Below, in pieces: positions 26,385 to 38,841 of a stretch of 64,000 bases of DNA. The position numbers and the translations under genes are program-made. A model generated the notes under the pieces. It saw only the letters and a program-made list of their open reading frames with translations, had not been told where the DNA came from and did no database searches. The DNA is taken from positions 496,001 through 560,000 of the forward strand of contig CM076000.1 of NCBI GenBank assembly GCA_038087875.1. The letters run 5' to 3'. Origin of the DNA: Malacoraja senta. Its lineage: Eukaryota. Position 1 is the first letter of the stretch, and each line of letters begins with the position of its first letter.

Positions 26385-26770
26385 AATAGATAATAGACAA
26401 TAGGTGCAGAAGTATTCGGCCCTTCGAGCCAGCACCGCCATTCAATATGATCACAGCTGATCACCCACAATCAGTACTCCATTCCTGCCTTCTCGCCATG
26501 TCCCCTGAATCCACTATCTTCAAGAGCTCCATCTAACTCTCTCTTGAAAGCATCCAGAAAATTGGCCTCCACTGCCTTCTGAGGCAGAGAAATCCACAGA
26601 TTCACAACCCTCTGTGAAAAAGTTTTTCCTCATCTCTGTTCTAGATGGTTTACCCCTTATTCTTAAACTGTAGCCCCTGGTTCTGGACTCACCCAGGGAA
26701 TCCAGAACCAAGGGCTACGGGAACATGTTTCCTGCCTCTAGCGTGTCCAAACCCTTAATAATCTTATATT
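26385..26770 (-). mobile_element. CR1 3' fragment inserted into an older SINE-like repeat
   Basis: Closely similar to 23362-23735. Confidence 0.85.
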
Positions 26771-27081
26771 AGACTGGCACTCTGAGCAACTGTTCTAGAA
26801 GCTGCACTATTGTGCTGCCCATTCTTATGATATGGATCAATTAATCAAAGATAATGATAACAAAAGCACATATATTCTGACATCTGATTTGTTCCTCTGC
26901 TTGACGGGTTAATCTGACCTATTTTTCTCTAAGCTGCCAGTGCTTTCACGGCACTTATTTGTGCAGTTTGCTTTTACATAACATCAATTTTACACTTGTA
27001 AAAAATGTGACAATGTTTGTCGAAATTCAACTCAGTATGCAAAAAAAGTGAACTCTAGTGAATTTTTAAAATGCTATTTAC

Positions 27082-27179
27082 CCTGTCATTACTTCCAAAT
27101 GCAGTTGTCCAGAAACGGTTAAGAAGGAAGGAACATCAAAAAAATGGGTAGGACACTTTTCAGCAGTTTTGCTTGCAGG
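27082..27179 (-). CDS. NARS2: NARS2 coding exon (exon 6 equivalent), 98 bp
   Basis: PASKTAEKCPTHFFDVPSFLTVSGQLHLEVMT(G); cag / gtaaat. Confidence 0.96.
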
Positions 27180-28157
27180 CTGTAATAAAACAAACAATTT
27201 ATGCTGCATTTAACATTTAATTTGCATTAATCTAATTTTTCACAGTATTTAAATCATATTAACCAATATTATTTGTTTGTTATAAAATTATTCTTATAAT
27301 TTCTCTCACAGTAAATATCTTTTCTCTTTACCACCTCTCTCTACTTCTCCAAATCTATATTTGGACCTGCCATAATTTCCTTCAGCTGAATACAGATAAC
27401 CCATATCCTAATATCTTAACTTTCTGTCATAAACTTCATATCCAAACCACCACTTCCATCTTATCACCTGCCACTGCCTCAATTTGAGCCAGACTCCTTT
27501 TAACCTCAGCATCCCGGCTGACCCCGAGATAAACTTTCCATTCCCTTTTATTGCCAGTTACAGTTCAGTCTACTTTCACTTCATGACATTGGTCTTCCCT
27601 TCTGTTGGAATCTAAGTGCATTGCTTTAACACCTCTCAGCTTGACTACCCTGGTCTTCTATTCTACTCCTCCATATACTGCAACCACTGTAAATCCTGGC
27701 AAAACAGAGCTAAAATAAAGTAAAGGATTTATGCGTCTACAAGGCGTTAGCCTTTTTCTGTAAGAAGCCACAAGCTGCGAACTGGTGCCAGGAAGTCTAG
27801 GTCCCAGATCAATACATCAGATAAGGTGAGGTCCAGATCTCCTCTGAATTGATAAAATGTATGAGGATTCTGCAGAGAAACTCTAAGGTGTTGTGGGTGC
27901 ATTGTCTTGATTGAATAGCTGCAAAGGGATTGTAAATAATGTTAATATTGTTGCAGGACAGTTATACTGCTGTTTGATGATTGGCTGAAGTGTGAAGCCC
28001 TGGCTGGATTGTTTGTACTGCCAGGGTAAATGTTGCATTATTCAGTTAGCTGACTACTTTCCATAAGCTTCTGTAGAAACAATGTATTGGGACTCTTTGT
28101 AAATGGGTTGGGGAACTGTCAATAATACTTTAATGTAATCGATATGTGTGATTGCCT

Positions 28158-28449
28158 TGTAAGGGGCGCCACCCCTATGTAGTTCGGCCCCTCGGGGTTC
28201 GTTGACCTATAAAAGGTAGCCCCCCCTAGGATAGTTGTCGATCTTCTGTGGGGCGCTTGGGACTGTGTGACCTTTTGGAAGTGTCTGCTTGCACGAGGCT
28301 GAAGGGCTTGGCCAGGCAGTGACAAGGATCGAACCCGCGGTGGTTTAGGTATCGTATAGGGGATTCGTTGTTCGTTCAAAAAATAAAGTTTAGTGGCTCA
28401 GTTTTACTGAACTAGACTAAGGGGGGTTAGCTTTAGGAGCATAATTACA
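28158..28449 (+). mobile_element. Probable solo LTR
   Basis: TGTAA...TTACA termini, internal TATAAAA (about 28208) and AATAAA (about 28382), CpG-rich against AT-rich flanks; target-site duplication not clean. Confidence 0.6.
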
Positions 28450-29094
28450 CCCCCCCCACCCCAAAATGTTTCATTCCAATGACCCAATTTTTAATGAAAT
28501 GAATACAAGGTATCATTAAAGAACTGTAATTGTACAATCAAACATTCAAACAATAATTACTTTTGACTTATTTAGTGACATCAAACACAGACATTAATGA
28601 GTTGATGCTTCCATCTGCACTATAATCACGCAATGTATCGTTACATTCCAAGTACAAAATGAGACGTAACACTCACAAATCATTTGTAAGGAGTTTTATT
28701 TTACCCAAAGTATTAACTCATTGTTTCTTTTCAGATGACAACTGTCCTACAGTTCATTATGCAAATGTCCTGTCTTCTTAACTGGAAGAACATTAATGTA
28801 TGGAAGCAGCATACTTAGCAGGAAAAGTAAGATGTCAAAATAAATTTCAGAAAAAAATTACAATCAGCCAAAATTTAAAAAAAGAGCAATGTGGCTGACT
28901 TGTTACTATTAAAATGGTGTTAAAAAGCTGCACAATAGATGTTTCTTATAAAACATCCATAAGGTTGCTCCCACCTCTCAGGAAAAACAAATCAATACAA
29001 ATAGTTTACTGCACTGCTTCTGTGGTGCATATTTTCTTACATTAATTTATTGCTATTTACACATGGAACTAAAGTAGAAAAAGTTAATTATTTT

Positions 29095-29550
29095 ACTTTA
29101 TTATTGTACAGTGAAAAGCTTTTTGTTGCGTGCTATCCTGTCAAAGAAAAAACTGTACATGATTACAAACTAGCCGTCCACTGTACAGAAAAAGGATAAC
29201 GGGTACAACATTTTATTCCAGATAGTTGTTAAAGATAGTTCAAATGTCTCCAATGAGGTAGATGGGAGGTCAGGACCGCACTCTTGCTGATGAGAGGACC
29301 GTTTAGTTGCCTGATAACAGCTGGAGAGAAACTGTTCCTGAATCTGGTATGCATTTTCAAACTTCTGTACATCCTGCCTGATGGGAGAGGGGAGAATAGG
29401 GATTGACCCGAGTAAAGACTGGTCCTTGATTATGCTGGTGGCCTTGGTGTGGTCATGTGAAATGTTGATGGAATCAATAGAAAGGAGGTTGGTTTGCACG
29501 ATGGTCTGGGCTACATCACAACTGTTTGATGGTCTGGGCTACGTTCACAA
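29095..29550 (-). mobile_element. Rex1/L2-group LINE 3' fragment
   Basis: SIIKDQS.. C-terminal similarity; 3' UTR shared with the 10450-10670 type copies. Confidence 0.7.
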
Positions 29551-30351
29551 CTATTAATTAGTTCTGTGATCGACACCATTTTCTATTGAGGCCCCAAAAG
29601 TAACTATTGTCAAGTGTGCATATTCAGTTTGTGTTCCTCATTGCCCATCAAATAACAATTTAAAGATTGAATGGAATACAATTCTCAAAGTAGGCTTTAG
29701 CCAGAGCTTAATATAGCTGTGGTGTACCTATTCCTTCATCTCCCCAAGGTGATAATGCTGCATGCTCATTCCCATATAGGAAGTTTGTGCCAGCTTATAA
29801 CCTTACAGATGAAAAAGAGCGAGAAAGAACCATTACTTTCATGTAATATCCCATAACAATTTACCTGCTGATTTTTTCATGTAATGGACTTTACACTTGT
29901 ATTTCCCAAAATGATTTACAGCACTACAAGTAGAAAGAAATAGGTACACATGGTAAAGAAAGTGCCACCTACAAATCAGGTTACTTAGTAATCTATTAGA
30001 ACAAAACTGATCCTATTAACATGTACCCAGCAGGATTCAGACATGAAAATGACAAAGTGGAAAATAATATTTTTCCCTGCTAATAATATTGCATAATTTA
30101 ACATCTAATCCATATTGTGGTAGTCATTATTCAACCCCACTTTAATATCGTTCCACACTTGTCAGACAACGGACATCCAAGTAATTTTGGAAGAAATATT
30201 ATGTACAAATGGTACATATACAATTCTCGCTCATTAAATTAACTAATCTTTGCTGGGTTTCCCCACTATTAAAAAACTCTGAAACAAAACCTTGCGCACA
30301 ATTTCAGTATCAGTCTAGTCTACTTAACAGCTAGTTCAGTGCAGTACTTAC

Positions 30352-30432
30352 TTCAACTTGGAAGAGCTCTCCAGCTCCTTCGCAATCATTTGATGTTATT
30401 GTAGGTGTATGTATGTGAACAAATCCATTATT
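30352..30432 (-). CDS. NARS2: NARS2 coding exon (exon 5 equivalent), 81 bp
   Basis: [27 protein letters not shown]; cag / gtaagt. Confidence 0.96.
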
Positions 30433-30597
30433 CTGTAAATTAAAGAAGTCAAAACGTGATTTAGAATGTTCACGTTTAAATATATTTGCAGATAAATAAA
30501 ATAAATTTTAGTATTAAGACCAAGCTTCAGTATTAAAACTTCCCTGATAATCATTTTATCAGGATTTACGTTCTGTTAACAACTGAACCATTTACGA

Positions 30598-30785
30598 TAG
30601 ATACAAAATGCTGGAGTAACTCAGCGGGTCACGCAGCATCTCTGGAGAAGAATCTGAAGAAGGGTTCTGACCCGAAGCCTCACCTATTTCTTTTTTTCAG
30701 ACATGCGGCCTGACCCATTGAGTTACTCCAATATTTTGTGTCTATCTTCAGTATAAACCAGCATTAGCAGATCCTTCCTACACAC
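30598..30785 (+). mobile_element. Short fold-back Penelope-derived element with degenerate hammerhead
   Basis: Arms at about 30598-30648 and 30694-30745 are imperfect reverse complements; loop holds CTGAAGA-AGGGT..ACCC-GAAG. Confidence 0.7.
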
Positions 30786-31850
30786 TTAGCCATTTATGAG
30801 TCGATAATCACTACATTCATTTCAGTATTCAGATCATGGTCAATAAAATATCCCTCAGTTGAAGCTGTCAATTACTACAGATAATCTTGTATTTTCATTT
30901 CCTGTATTTTCAGGATCTACAAAGACTGGCATTTATTGTTCGTTCCCAACTGCTCTTGAACATTTATGAGTGCATTTAGAGTCAACAATATGGGGCTGAT
31001 TTGGAGTTTGATATTGGCTGTTCAGGTAATCTACATTGCAAATACAACCTCATGAAATCAAAATTATTACTTCATCTTGTGAAATATATATCAAATAAAT
31101 ATAAATGAATACAAAGAAAGTAGAAAAAGGATCTTTTGGAAACATCTGAAATCTATCAGTAATAGATTTTAACAGTAAGCAACAAATAATGTTACATTAA
31201 AAGCAATAGATCCATAATCAATTATTTCCAAAGCAGAATCAAACAATTATGGCAATTTAACATTTTGTTCTAAAAAGCTTTTAAGAGGAAGAATATCACA
31301 GTCAACATTGAATAAAGCAAATTTGTTGAACAGTGAAATGTTGCCAGTAAAATGTATTTGCCATTTTTTTGAGTTTTCAAGTAGTAGTATTTAGCAAGAA
31401 GTGACTTTCAAGCATTTACTAAATGGATTTTTGTGATCAACAAAAGAAACCATGTTAACATTTCATGGTAGGAAGCATTTGTGAAAAGAGAAACACAACG
31501 ATTTTGGTTGAAGACCCATTGTCAAAATGTGGTGTACAACTGTGTTTCTTCTTTCATAGAATTTCTCCTTTCTCCTTTCATAGAATTTGCTCAGCATTTT
31601 TCATCATCACCAGGTTAATGAGGAACAGTCACTGATCTGAAATAGTAGTTGCTTCTCCATTTAGTAAAAAAACTAAATTACAGAAGAAATTAAATTTTGT
31701 TAAAGTTGCATGGTGTTAGATAGAACAGCAAAGCAGTTATACTGTGATTTTGCATTGCACTGTTGAACCGATTGGAATATTAAGAGACAGGTGTCCCCCT
31801 TTTCTTTCCATTTGGACTGGAGAATAGCAGAAATTATATATCCATCCATA

Positions 31851-31870
31851 TCTATCTATATACTTCTAAA

Positions 31871-31918
<48 letters not shown>

Positions 31919-32817
31919 TAGTCACGTTCCATTTTCAGATTTTTTTTCAGATTCGATTTTTTGGCCTTTGATTCCACTCCTCATTACCTTTAGACATTTT
32001 TATGTACACATTTTAAAATAAAATCCTTCCCCCCCCCCCCCCTCATTTTAAAATCTAAACGGGACTCACGAGCTGCTGACGTCACAACCCCGCATGCCGA
32101 CCAATCCAAGCGGCTTCTCTCTCTCTCTTCATTTTGCAGCCCGGCTCTCCTCCCCCCCCACCCTCCAACTACGCTCGCGCTGCGCCTCCCGCAGCTCGAC
32201 TCGCCCGCCCACTCCAACCACCCTCCCGTTCTCAAAATGCTCTGCCGATGAACTTACAGCTGGCGCAGCCCCGCCCGCCTGCGCACCCCTCCCATCCCCT
32301 GTGCGCTCCAGAGAGTCAGAAGCCCACAGCTCCACTTCCATGCCGGCCCGCCCGCCCGCTCACTCCAACCCCACACCTCCCCTCCCCGTTCTCAAAATGC
32401 TCTGCAGATCGGGAGAAGAGATAAGTCTTTGGCTCTCTGACTCCTCCCTGTTCTGTGTTCCTCTCTCTGAACGAGCAAGATGCTGGGGAGGTGAAGAGGG
32501 GGAGTGGGGGGGATTGAGGGAGAGGGGGGAATGGGGGAGGTGGGCAGGGAGAGTGTGGGAATAGAGGGAGGAGTGGGGGTGATAGGGAGTGGGGAACAGA
32601 TGGACTGTCCCCACCCCTCTCCCTCCCTCCCTACTCTCACCCTCCCTCCCCTCTCTCCCCTACCCCATCTCCTCCTCCCTCCCCACTCTCCCCCGTACCC
32701 CTCTCCCCCTCCCTCCACACTCTTCCCCCTCTCTCCCCTACCCCATCTCCCTCCAGCCCTCCCCCCACCTCACCTCCTCCCGCCCCCCCTCCCTTCCCCC
32801 CCTCTCTCTCTCCTCCC

Positions 32818-32852
<35 letters not shown>

Positions 32853-33641
32853 TGGGTGTATGTCACATTCCATTTTCAGATGTTATTTCAGATTAGATTT
32901 TTGGCCTTTGATTCCTCGGTCCGCCAATACCACACGCGAAAACTCCGCGATTTTTTCCATTTTGCTAGCGATTTCGCTTTTAAATTCGCAAATCCACTCA
33001 TTAAATTTAGACATTTTTATGTACACATTTCAAAAATAAAATCCATCCTTCCCCCCACGCTCACTCATTTTAAAATCTAACCGGGACTCACGAGCTGCTG
33101 ACGTCACAATCCCACATGCCGACCAATCGCAGCCGCTTCTCTCTCGCTCTTCATTTGGCAGCCCGGCTCTCCTCCCCCCCCTCCAACTACGCTCGCGCCG
33201 CGCCTCCCACAGCTCGACTCGCCCACCCGCCCGAACCCCCACCCCCGCGTTCTCAAAATGCTCTGCCGATCGGGAGAAGAGATACGGCTTAAGTTCCACT
33301 GAACTCACAGCTGGGGCAGCTCGCGAAGCCCCGCCCGCGCGCCCCTTCCATCCCCTGCGCGCTCCAGAGTCAGAAGCCCCCCTCTCTCTCTCTCCAACCC
33401 TCTCTCTCCCCCCTCTCCCTCCCCCCCTCTCTCTCTCTCCCCCTTCCTCTCCCCTCCCCTCCCCTAAACCCCCTTCCCCCCTCCACACCCTCCCCTCCAT
33501 CCCTCTCTCTCCTCCCCTCTATCTTCCCTCCCCCCTTCCCTCCCCCTCCCTTCCCCCCACAGTGTGTGACGCCGCGTGCCGCCCCCCCCCCCGCAAACGC
33601 ACGTTCGGGGAACAGACCCAACGGGTCTGCACTTGGTCTAG
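31851..33641 (+). mobile_element. Non-autonomous Helitron-like element with two internal repeat units
   Basis: A|TC start (TCTATCTATATAC..AAAACTC); subterminal hairpin CAGACCC-AAC-GGGTCTG (33613-33629); CTAG|T end; units at about 31880-32820 and 32821-33560 with (GT)n and C-rich tracts. Confidence 0.75.
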
Positions 33642-34828
33642 TAACTATTAAAACTCTGATGTGTGTGTGTGTGTGTGTGTATGTGAGTGGTCACATCTGC
33701 TCGAAAAAACGACGCGCTAACGGTAAAATGTTTACGTATTCTGGTAGAGATTTATCCCGTGGATAATTGTCTTATCTGAAAAATGAATGCATTATTTCTC
33801 GAGTTATTAATCAAAATGTCCAAAAATCTGAAAAAAGTTTGAAAATAAAACCGGCTGGCTTTGGCTGATGACGTCACAATGTCTCTGCGTGCTGCCGTCT
33901 TGGATCTGCGCGCTGCGAGCGACTTCCCTCCCACCCCCCCCCCCACCTCTCCTCACCCCCGCTAATCAAAAGACGCTCGGGGGTCACTTTCTCTCTGGGA
34001 TCGCTTTCTCTCGGCTCTTCGGTCGGCTCCTCTCTCTTCCTCCCCCCCAGCCTCTCTCTTTCCCCCTCTTCCCCTCCCCTTTCCCTCTCCACCCCCCCTC
34101 TCCTCTCTCCATCCCTCTGCCCCCTCCTTCCCCCACCCTATCTCCCCCTCTCTCTCTGGCTCTGCTCCTCTCTGCCCCCTCTCTCTCTCTGGAAGCATCT
34201 GCGAGTTGGGGGCTATGCGTCAGTGGATAGGGCGTGGATGGGCTAAAAGGAGCCAATAAATAATATTAATATAATATCAAGCAGGTGGTTAGTGTGTGTG
34301 TGACGCCGCAGGCCCCCCCCCCCCGGCAACCTGAGAGAGGTGGGTGTGTGTGTGTGGATGTGCGGGTGTGTGTGAGATCACATCTTCTCGAAAAAATGAC
34401 GCGCGAACGGTAACATCTTGACATATTCCGGTAGAGATTTATCCTCTCCATTCCAAAATCGCCTTACCTGAAAAATTCATGCATTATTTCTCGATGTTCA
34501 CAAATATGGAAAAACATTGGAAAAAAAGGTCTGGCTTTCGCTGATGACGTCACAATGGATCTGCCTGCTGCCATCTTGGATCTGCACGCTGCGAGTGACG
34601 TCCCCTCCCACCACTCCCTCCCCCCCGTTATTCAAAAGACACTCGTGGGTCGCTTTCTCACTTTACCTCGGCTACTTGGTCGTCTCCTCTCTCCCCTGCC
34701 CGGCCTCTCTCTCCCCCTGGCCTCTCTTGCACCCTCTCTTGTGTGTGTGTGACGCCGCAGACCACCCCCCCTCCCCCCCGCAACTGCGCGTTGAGGGGAC
34801 GGGACCCAATGGGTCCCGCTTGGTCTAG
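33642..34828 (+). mobile_element. Second non-autonomous Helitron-like element, directly in tandem
   Basis: Starts with related ACTATTAAAACTC-(GT)n; hairpin CGGGACCC-AAT-GGGTCCCG (34800-34818) then CTTGGTCTAG end; two internal units. Confidence 0.72.
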
Positions 34829-34992
34829 CACAATTTAAAATCTATTTCAAAATGCTTGCAGGTTTTATTAGGTTAAGTCAGGTTTATTAGTGTCACATGC
34901 ACAGAGTTGCAGTGAAAAGCTTAGTTTTGTATGCTATCCAATAAAATCAGATAATACTGTACGATCAAGCCAGGCTCAAGTACAATAGATAC

Positions 34993-35070
34993 AATGGTGC
35001 AGCAGTAGAGTTGCTGCCTTATAGCACCCGGGACCCAGGTTCAATCGTGACTATGGGTGCTCTCTGTACT
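34993..35070 (+). mobile_element. tRNA-derived SINE head
   Basis: A-box-like TGGTGCAGCAG and B-box-like GGTTCAATC at tRNA-like spacing; no full cloverleaf. Confidence 0.6.
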
Positions 35071-35587
35071 ATTGGGGTTAGGGTATTGACATGGACAGAG
35101 AACTAGTTGGCAGACAGGAAACAAAGAGTAGGGATTAACGGGTCCCTTTCAGAATGGCAGGCAGTGACTAGAGAGGTGCCACAAGGCTCGGTGCTGGGTC
35201 CCCAGTTATTTACCATATATATTAACAATTTAGACGAGGGAATTAAATGTGACAGCTCCAAGTTTGCGGATGACACCAAGCTAGATGGCAGTGTGAGCTG
35301 CGATGAGGATGCTATGAGGCTGCAGGGTGACTTGGATAGGTTGGGTGAGTGGGCAGATGCAGTATAATGTCGATAAATGTGAGGTTATCCACTTTGGTGG
35401 CAAGAAAAGGAAGGCAGATTATTATCTGAATGGTGTCAGATTAGGAAAAGGGGAGGTGCAACAAGACCTGGGTGTGTTTGTACATCAGTCACTGAAAGTA
35501 AGCATGCAGGTACAGCAGGCAGTGACGAAAGCTAATGGCATGTTGGCCTTCATTGCGAGAGGATTTGAGTTTAGGAGCAAGGAGGAA
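35070..35587 (+). mobile_element. CR1 RT internal fragment
   Basis: PQGSVLGPQLF...SKFADDTKL. Confidence 0.85.
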
Positions 35588-35679
35588 TAGAATTAACGTT
35601 TGGGTGATCGTTAGTTGGTGTGGACTTGGTGGACCGAAGAGCCTGATTCAAGCTGTATCTCGAAACTAAAGGAAGGGTA

Positions 35680-36062
35680 GAGCAAAGGGAAGGATACAGA
35701 GTGCAGAATATAGGCAAATTCCAATGTATGCAATGAGGTAAAGGTGAATTGGACAGTACCCAAGCTTTTAGAAGGACCATTCAGAAGCTCAGTGACAGAG
35801 GTGAAGAAGTTGTTCTTGAGTCTGGTGGTGCGTACTTTCAAGCTTCTTTATCTTCTGCCCGACTGGAACAGGGAGAGGTAGGAATCACCAAGGTGGGAAG
35901 GATCTTTCATTATGTTGGCTACTTTCCCGAGGCAGCATGAAGTGTAGATGCAGTCAATGATGGGGAGTCTGGTGTGTGGTGGACTGGGCTCTATCCACAA
36001 CTTTCTGCAATTTCCTTCAGCCTTGGGCAGAGCTATTTTCACAACAACCTGTGATGCAACCC
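35680..36062 (-). mobile_element. Rex1/L2-group LINE 3' fragment
   Basis: ANIMKDPSH..SGRR and RTTRLKNNFF C-terminal motifs. Confidence 0.7.
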
Positions 36063-36194
36063 GACTAAATTTCAAGACACTCCAGCCTAAATTAATCTGC
36101 ACCATTGCATAATATTTCCAAGAAAATGGAGTACAAAATACAAACTCAACCAAGATCTCAGATTACTTGGAAAGTTGACCCAACTTCTGAAAGG

Positions 36195-38641
36195 GTACAA
36201 TCTACATATAGATTGGGTGAATCAAATTGGCAGGGGTGCTGAGGAAGAGGATTTCTTGGAATGTATGCGGGATAGTTATCTAAATCAACATGTAGAGGAA
36301 CCAACGAGAGAGCAGGCTATTTTAGACTGGGTATTGAGTAATGAGGAAGGGTTAGTTAGCAGTCTTGTTGTACGTGCCCCCTTGGTCAAGAGTGACCATA
36401 ATATGGTTGAGTTCTTCATTAGGATGGAGAGTGACATTGTTAATTCAGAAACAATGGTTCTGAACTTAAAGAAAGGTAACTTTGAGGGTATGAGACGTGA
36501 ATTGGCCAAGATTGACTGGCAATTAATTCTAAAAGGGTTGACAGTGGATATGCAATGGAAGACATTTAAAGACTGCATGGATGAACTACAAAAATTGTTC
36601 ATCCCAGTTTGGCAAAAGAATAAATCAGGGAAGGTAGTGCATCCGTGGATAACAAGGGAAATCAGGGATGGTATCAAAGCGAAGGATGATGCGTACAAAT
36701 TAGCCAGAAAAAGCAGCAGACTGGGAGAAATTCAGAGACCAGCAGAGGAGGACAAAGGGCTTAATTAGGAAAGGAAAAATAGATTATGAAAGAAAACTGG
36801 CAGGGAACATAAAAACTGACTGCAAAAGTTTTTATAGATATGTGAAAAGAGATTAGTTAAAACAAATGTAGGTCCCTTGCAGTCAGAAACAGGTGAGTTG
36901 ATCATGGGGAACAAGGATATGGCGGACCAATTGAATAACTACTTTGGTTCCGTCTTCACTAAGGAAGACATAAATAATCTGCCGGAAATAGCAGGGGACC
37001 GCGGGTCAAAGGAGTTTGGAGGTATTGAGTGAAATCCAGGTTAGTCGGGAAGTGGTGTTGGGTAAATTGAATGGATTAAAGGCCGATAAATCCCCAGAGC
37101 CAGATAGGCTGCATCCCAGAGTACTTAAGGAAGTAGCTCCAGAAATAGTGGATGCATTAGTAATCATCTTTCAAAACTCTTTAGATTCTGGAGTAGTTCC
37201 TGAGGATTGGCAGGTAGCAAACGTAACCCCACTTTTTAAGAAGGGAGGGAGAGAGAAAACGGGGAATTACAGACCAGTTAGTCTAACATCGGTAGTGGGG
37301 AAACTGCTAGAGTCAGTTATTAAAGATGGGATAGCAGCACATTTGGAAAGTGGTGAAATCATTGGACAAAGTCAGCATGGATTTACGAAAGGTAAATCAT
37401 GTCTGACGAATCTTATAGAATTTTTCGAGGATGTAACTAGTAGCGTGGATAGGGGAGAACCAGTGGATGTGGTGTATCTGGACTTCCAGAAGGCTTTCGA
37501 CAAGGTCCCACATAAGAGATTAGTATACAAACTTAAAGCACATGGCATTGGGGGTTCAGTATTGATGTGGATAGAGAACTGGCTGGCAAACAGGAAGCAA
37601 AGAGTAGGAGAAACGGGTCCTTTTCACAATGGCAGGCAGTGACTGGTGGGGTACCGCAAGGCTCAGTGCTGGGACCCCAGCTATTTACAATATATATTAA
37701 TGACCTGGATGAGGGAATTGAAGGCAATATCTCCAAGTTTGCGGATGACACTAAGCTGGGGGGCAGTGTTAGCTGTGAGGAGGATGCTAGGAGACTGCAA
37801 GGTGACTTGGATAGGCTGGGTGAGTGGGCAAATGTTTGGCAGATGCAGTATAATGTGGATAAATGTGAGATTATCCATTTTGGTGGTAAAAACAGGAAAG
37901 CAGACTATTATCTAAATGGTGGCCGACTAGGAAAAGGGGAGATGCAGAGAGACCTGGGTGTCATGGTACACCAGTCATTGAAAGTAGGCATGCAGGTGCA
38001 GCAGGCAGTGAAGAAAGCGAATGGTATGTTAGCTTTCATAGCAAAAGGATTTGAGTATAGGAGCAGGGAGGTTCTACTGCAGTTGTACAGGGTCTTGGTG
38101 AGACCACACCTGGAGTATTGCGTACAGTTTTGGTCTCCAAATCTGAGGAAGGTCATTATTGCCATAGAGGGAGTGCAGAGAAGGTTCACCAGACTGATTC
38201 CTGGGATGTCAGGACTGTCTTATGAAGAAAGACTGGATAGACTTGGTTTATACTCTCTAGAATTTAGGAGATTGAGAGGGGATCTTATAGAAACGTACAA
38301 AATTCTTAAGGGGTTGGACAGGCTAGATGCAGGAAGATTGCTCCTGATGTTGGGGAAGTCCAGGACAAGGGGTCACAGCTTAAGGATAAGGGGGAAATCC
38401 TTTAAAACCGAGATGAGAAGAACTTTTTCACACAGAGAGTGGTGAATCTCTGGAACTCTCTGCCACAGAGGGTAGTCGAGGCCAGTTCATTGGCTATATT
38501 TAAGAGGGAGTTAGATGTGGCCCTTGTGGCTAAAGGGATCAGAGGGTATGGAGAGAAGGCAGGTACGGGATACTGAGTTGGATGATCAGCCATGATCATA
38601 TTGAATGGCGGTGGCAGGCTCGAAAGGGCCCGAATGGCCTA
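36195..38641 (+). mobile_element. Young CR1 LINE (end of APE, RT and 3' UTR) running into the assembly gap
   Basis: Long ORFs with few frameshifts: PTREQAILD..SDHN, YLDFQKAFDKVPH, PQGSVLGP, FADD. Confidence 0.93.
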
Positions 38642-38841
38642 NNNNNNNNNNNNNNNNNNNNNNNNNNNNNNNNNNNNNNNNNNNNNNNNNNNNNNNNNNN
38701 NNNNNNNNNNNNNNNNNNNNNNNNNNNNNNNNNNNNNNNNNNNNNNNNNNNNNNNNNNNNNNNNNNNNNNNNNNNNNNNNNNNNNNNNNNNNNNNNNNNN
38801 NNNNNNNNNNNNNNNNNNNNNNNNNNNNNNNNNNNNNNNNN
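38642..38841. other. Assembly gap (200 N)
   Basis: Run of exactly 200 N. Confidence 1.

Noticed and set aside
31791..34828. Many Pro/Gly/Arg-rich ORFs, or a NARS2 CpG-island promoter
   Set aside because: Low-complexity translation of (GT)n and C-rich tracts inside Helitron-like repeats; no NARS2 exon 1-4 sequence found there.
34993..35070. tRNA gene
   Set aside because: Only A/B-box-like remnants with no acceptor stem or cloverleaf; better explained as a SINE head.
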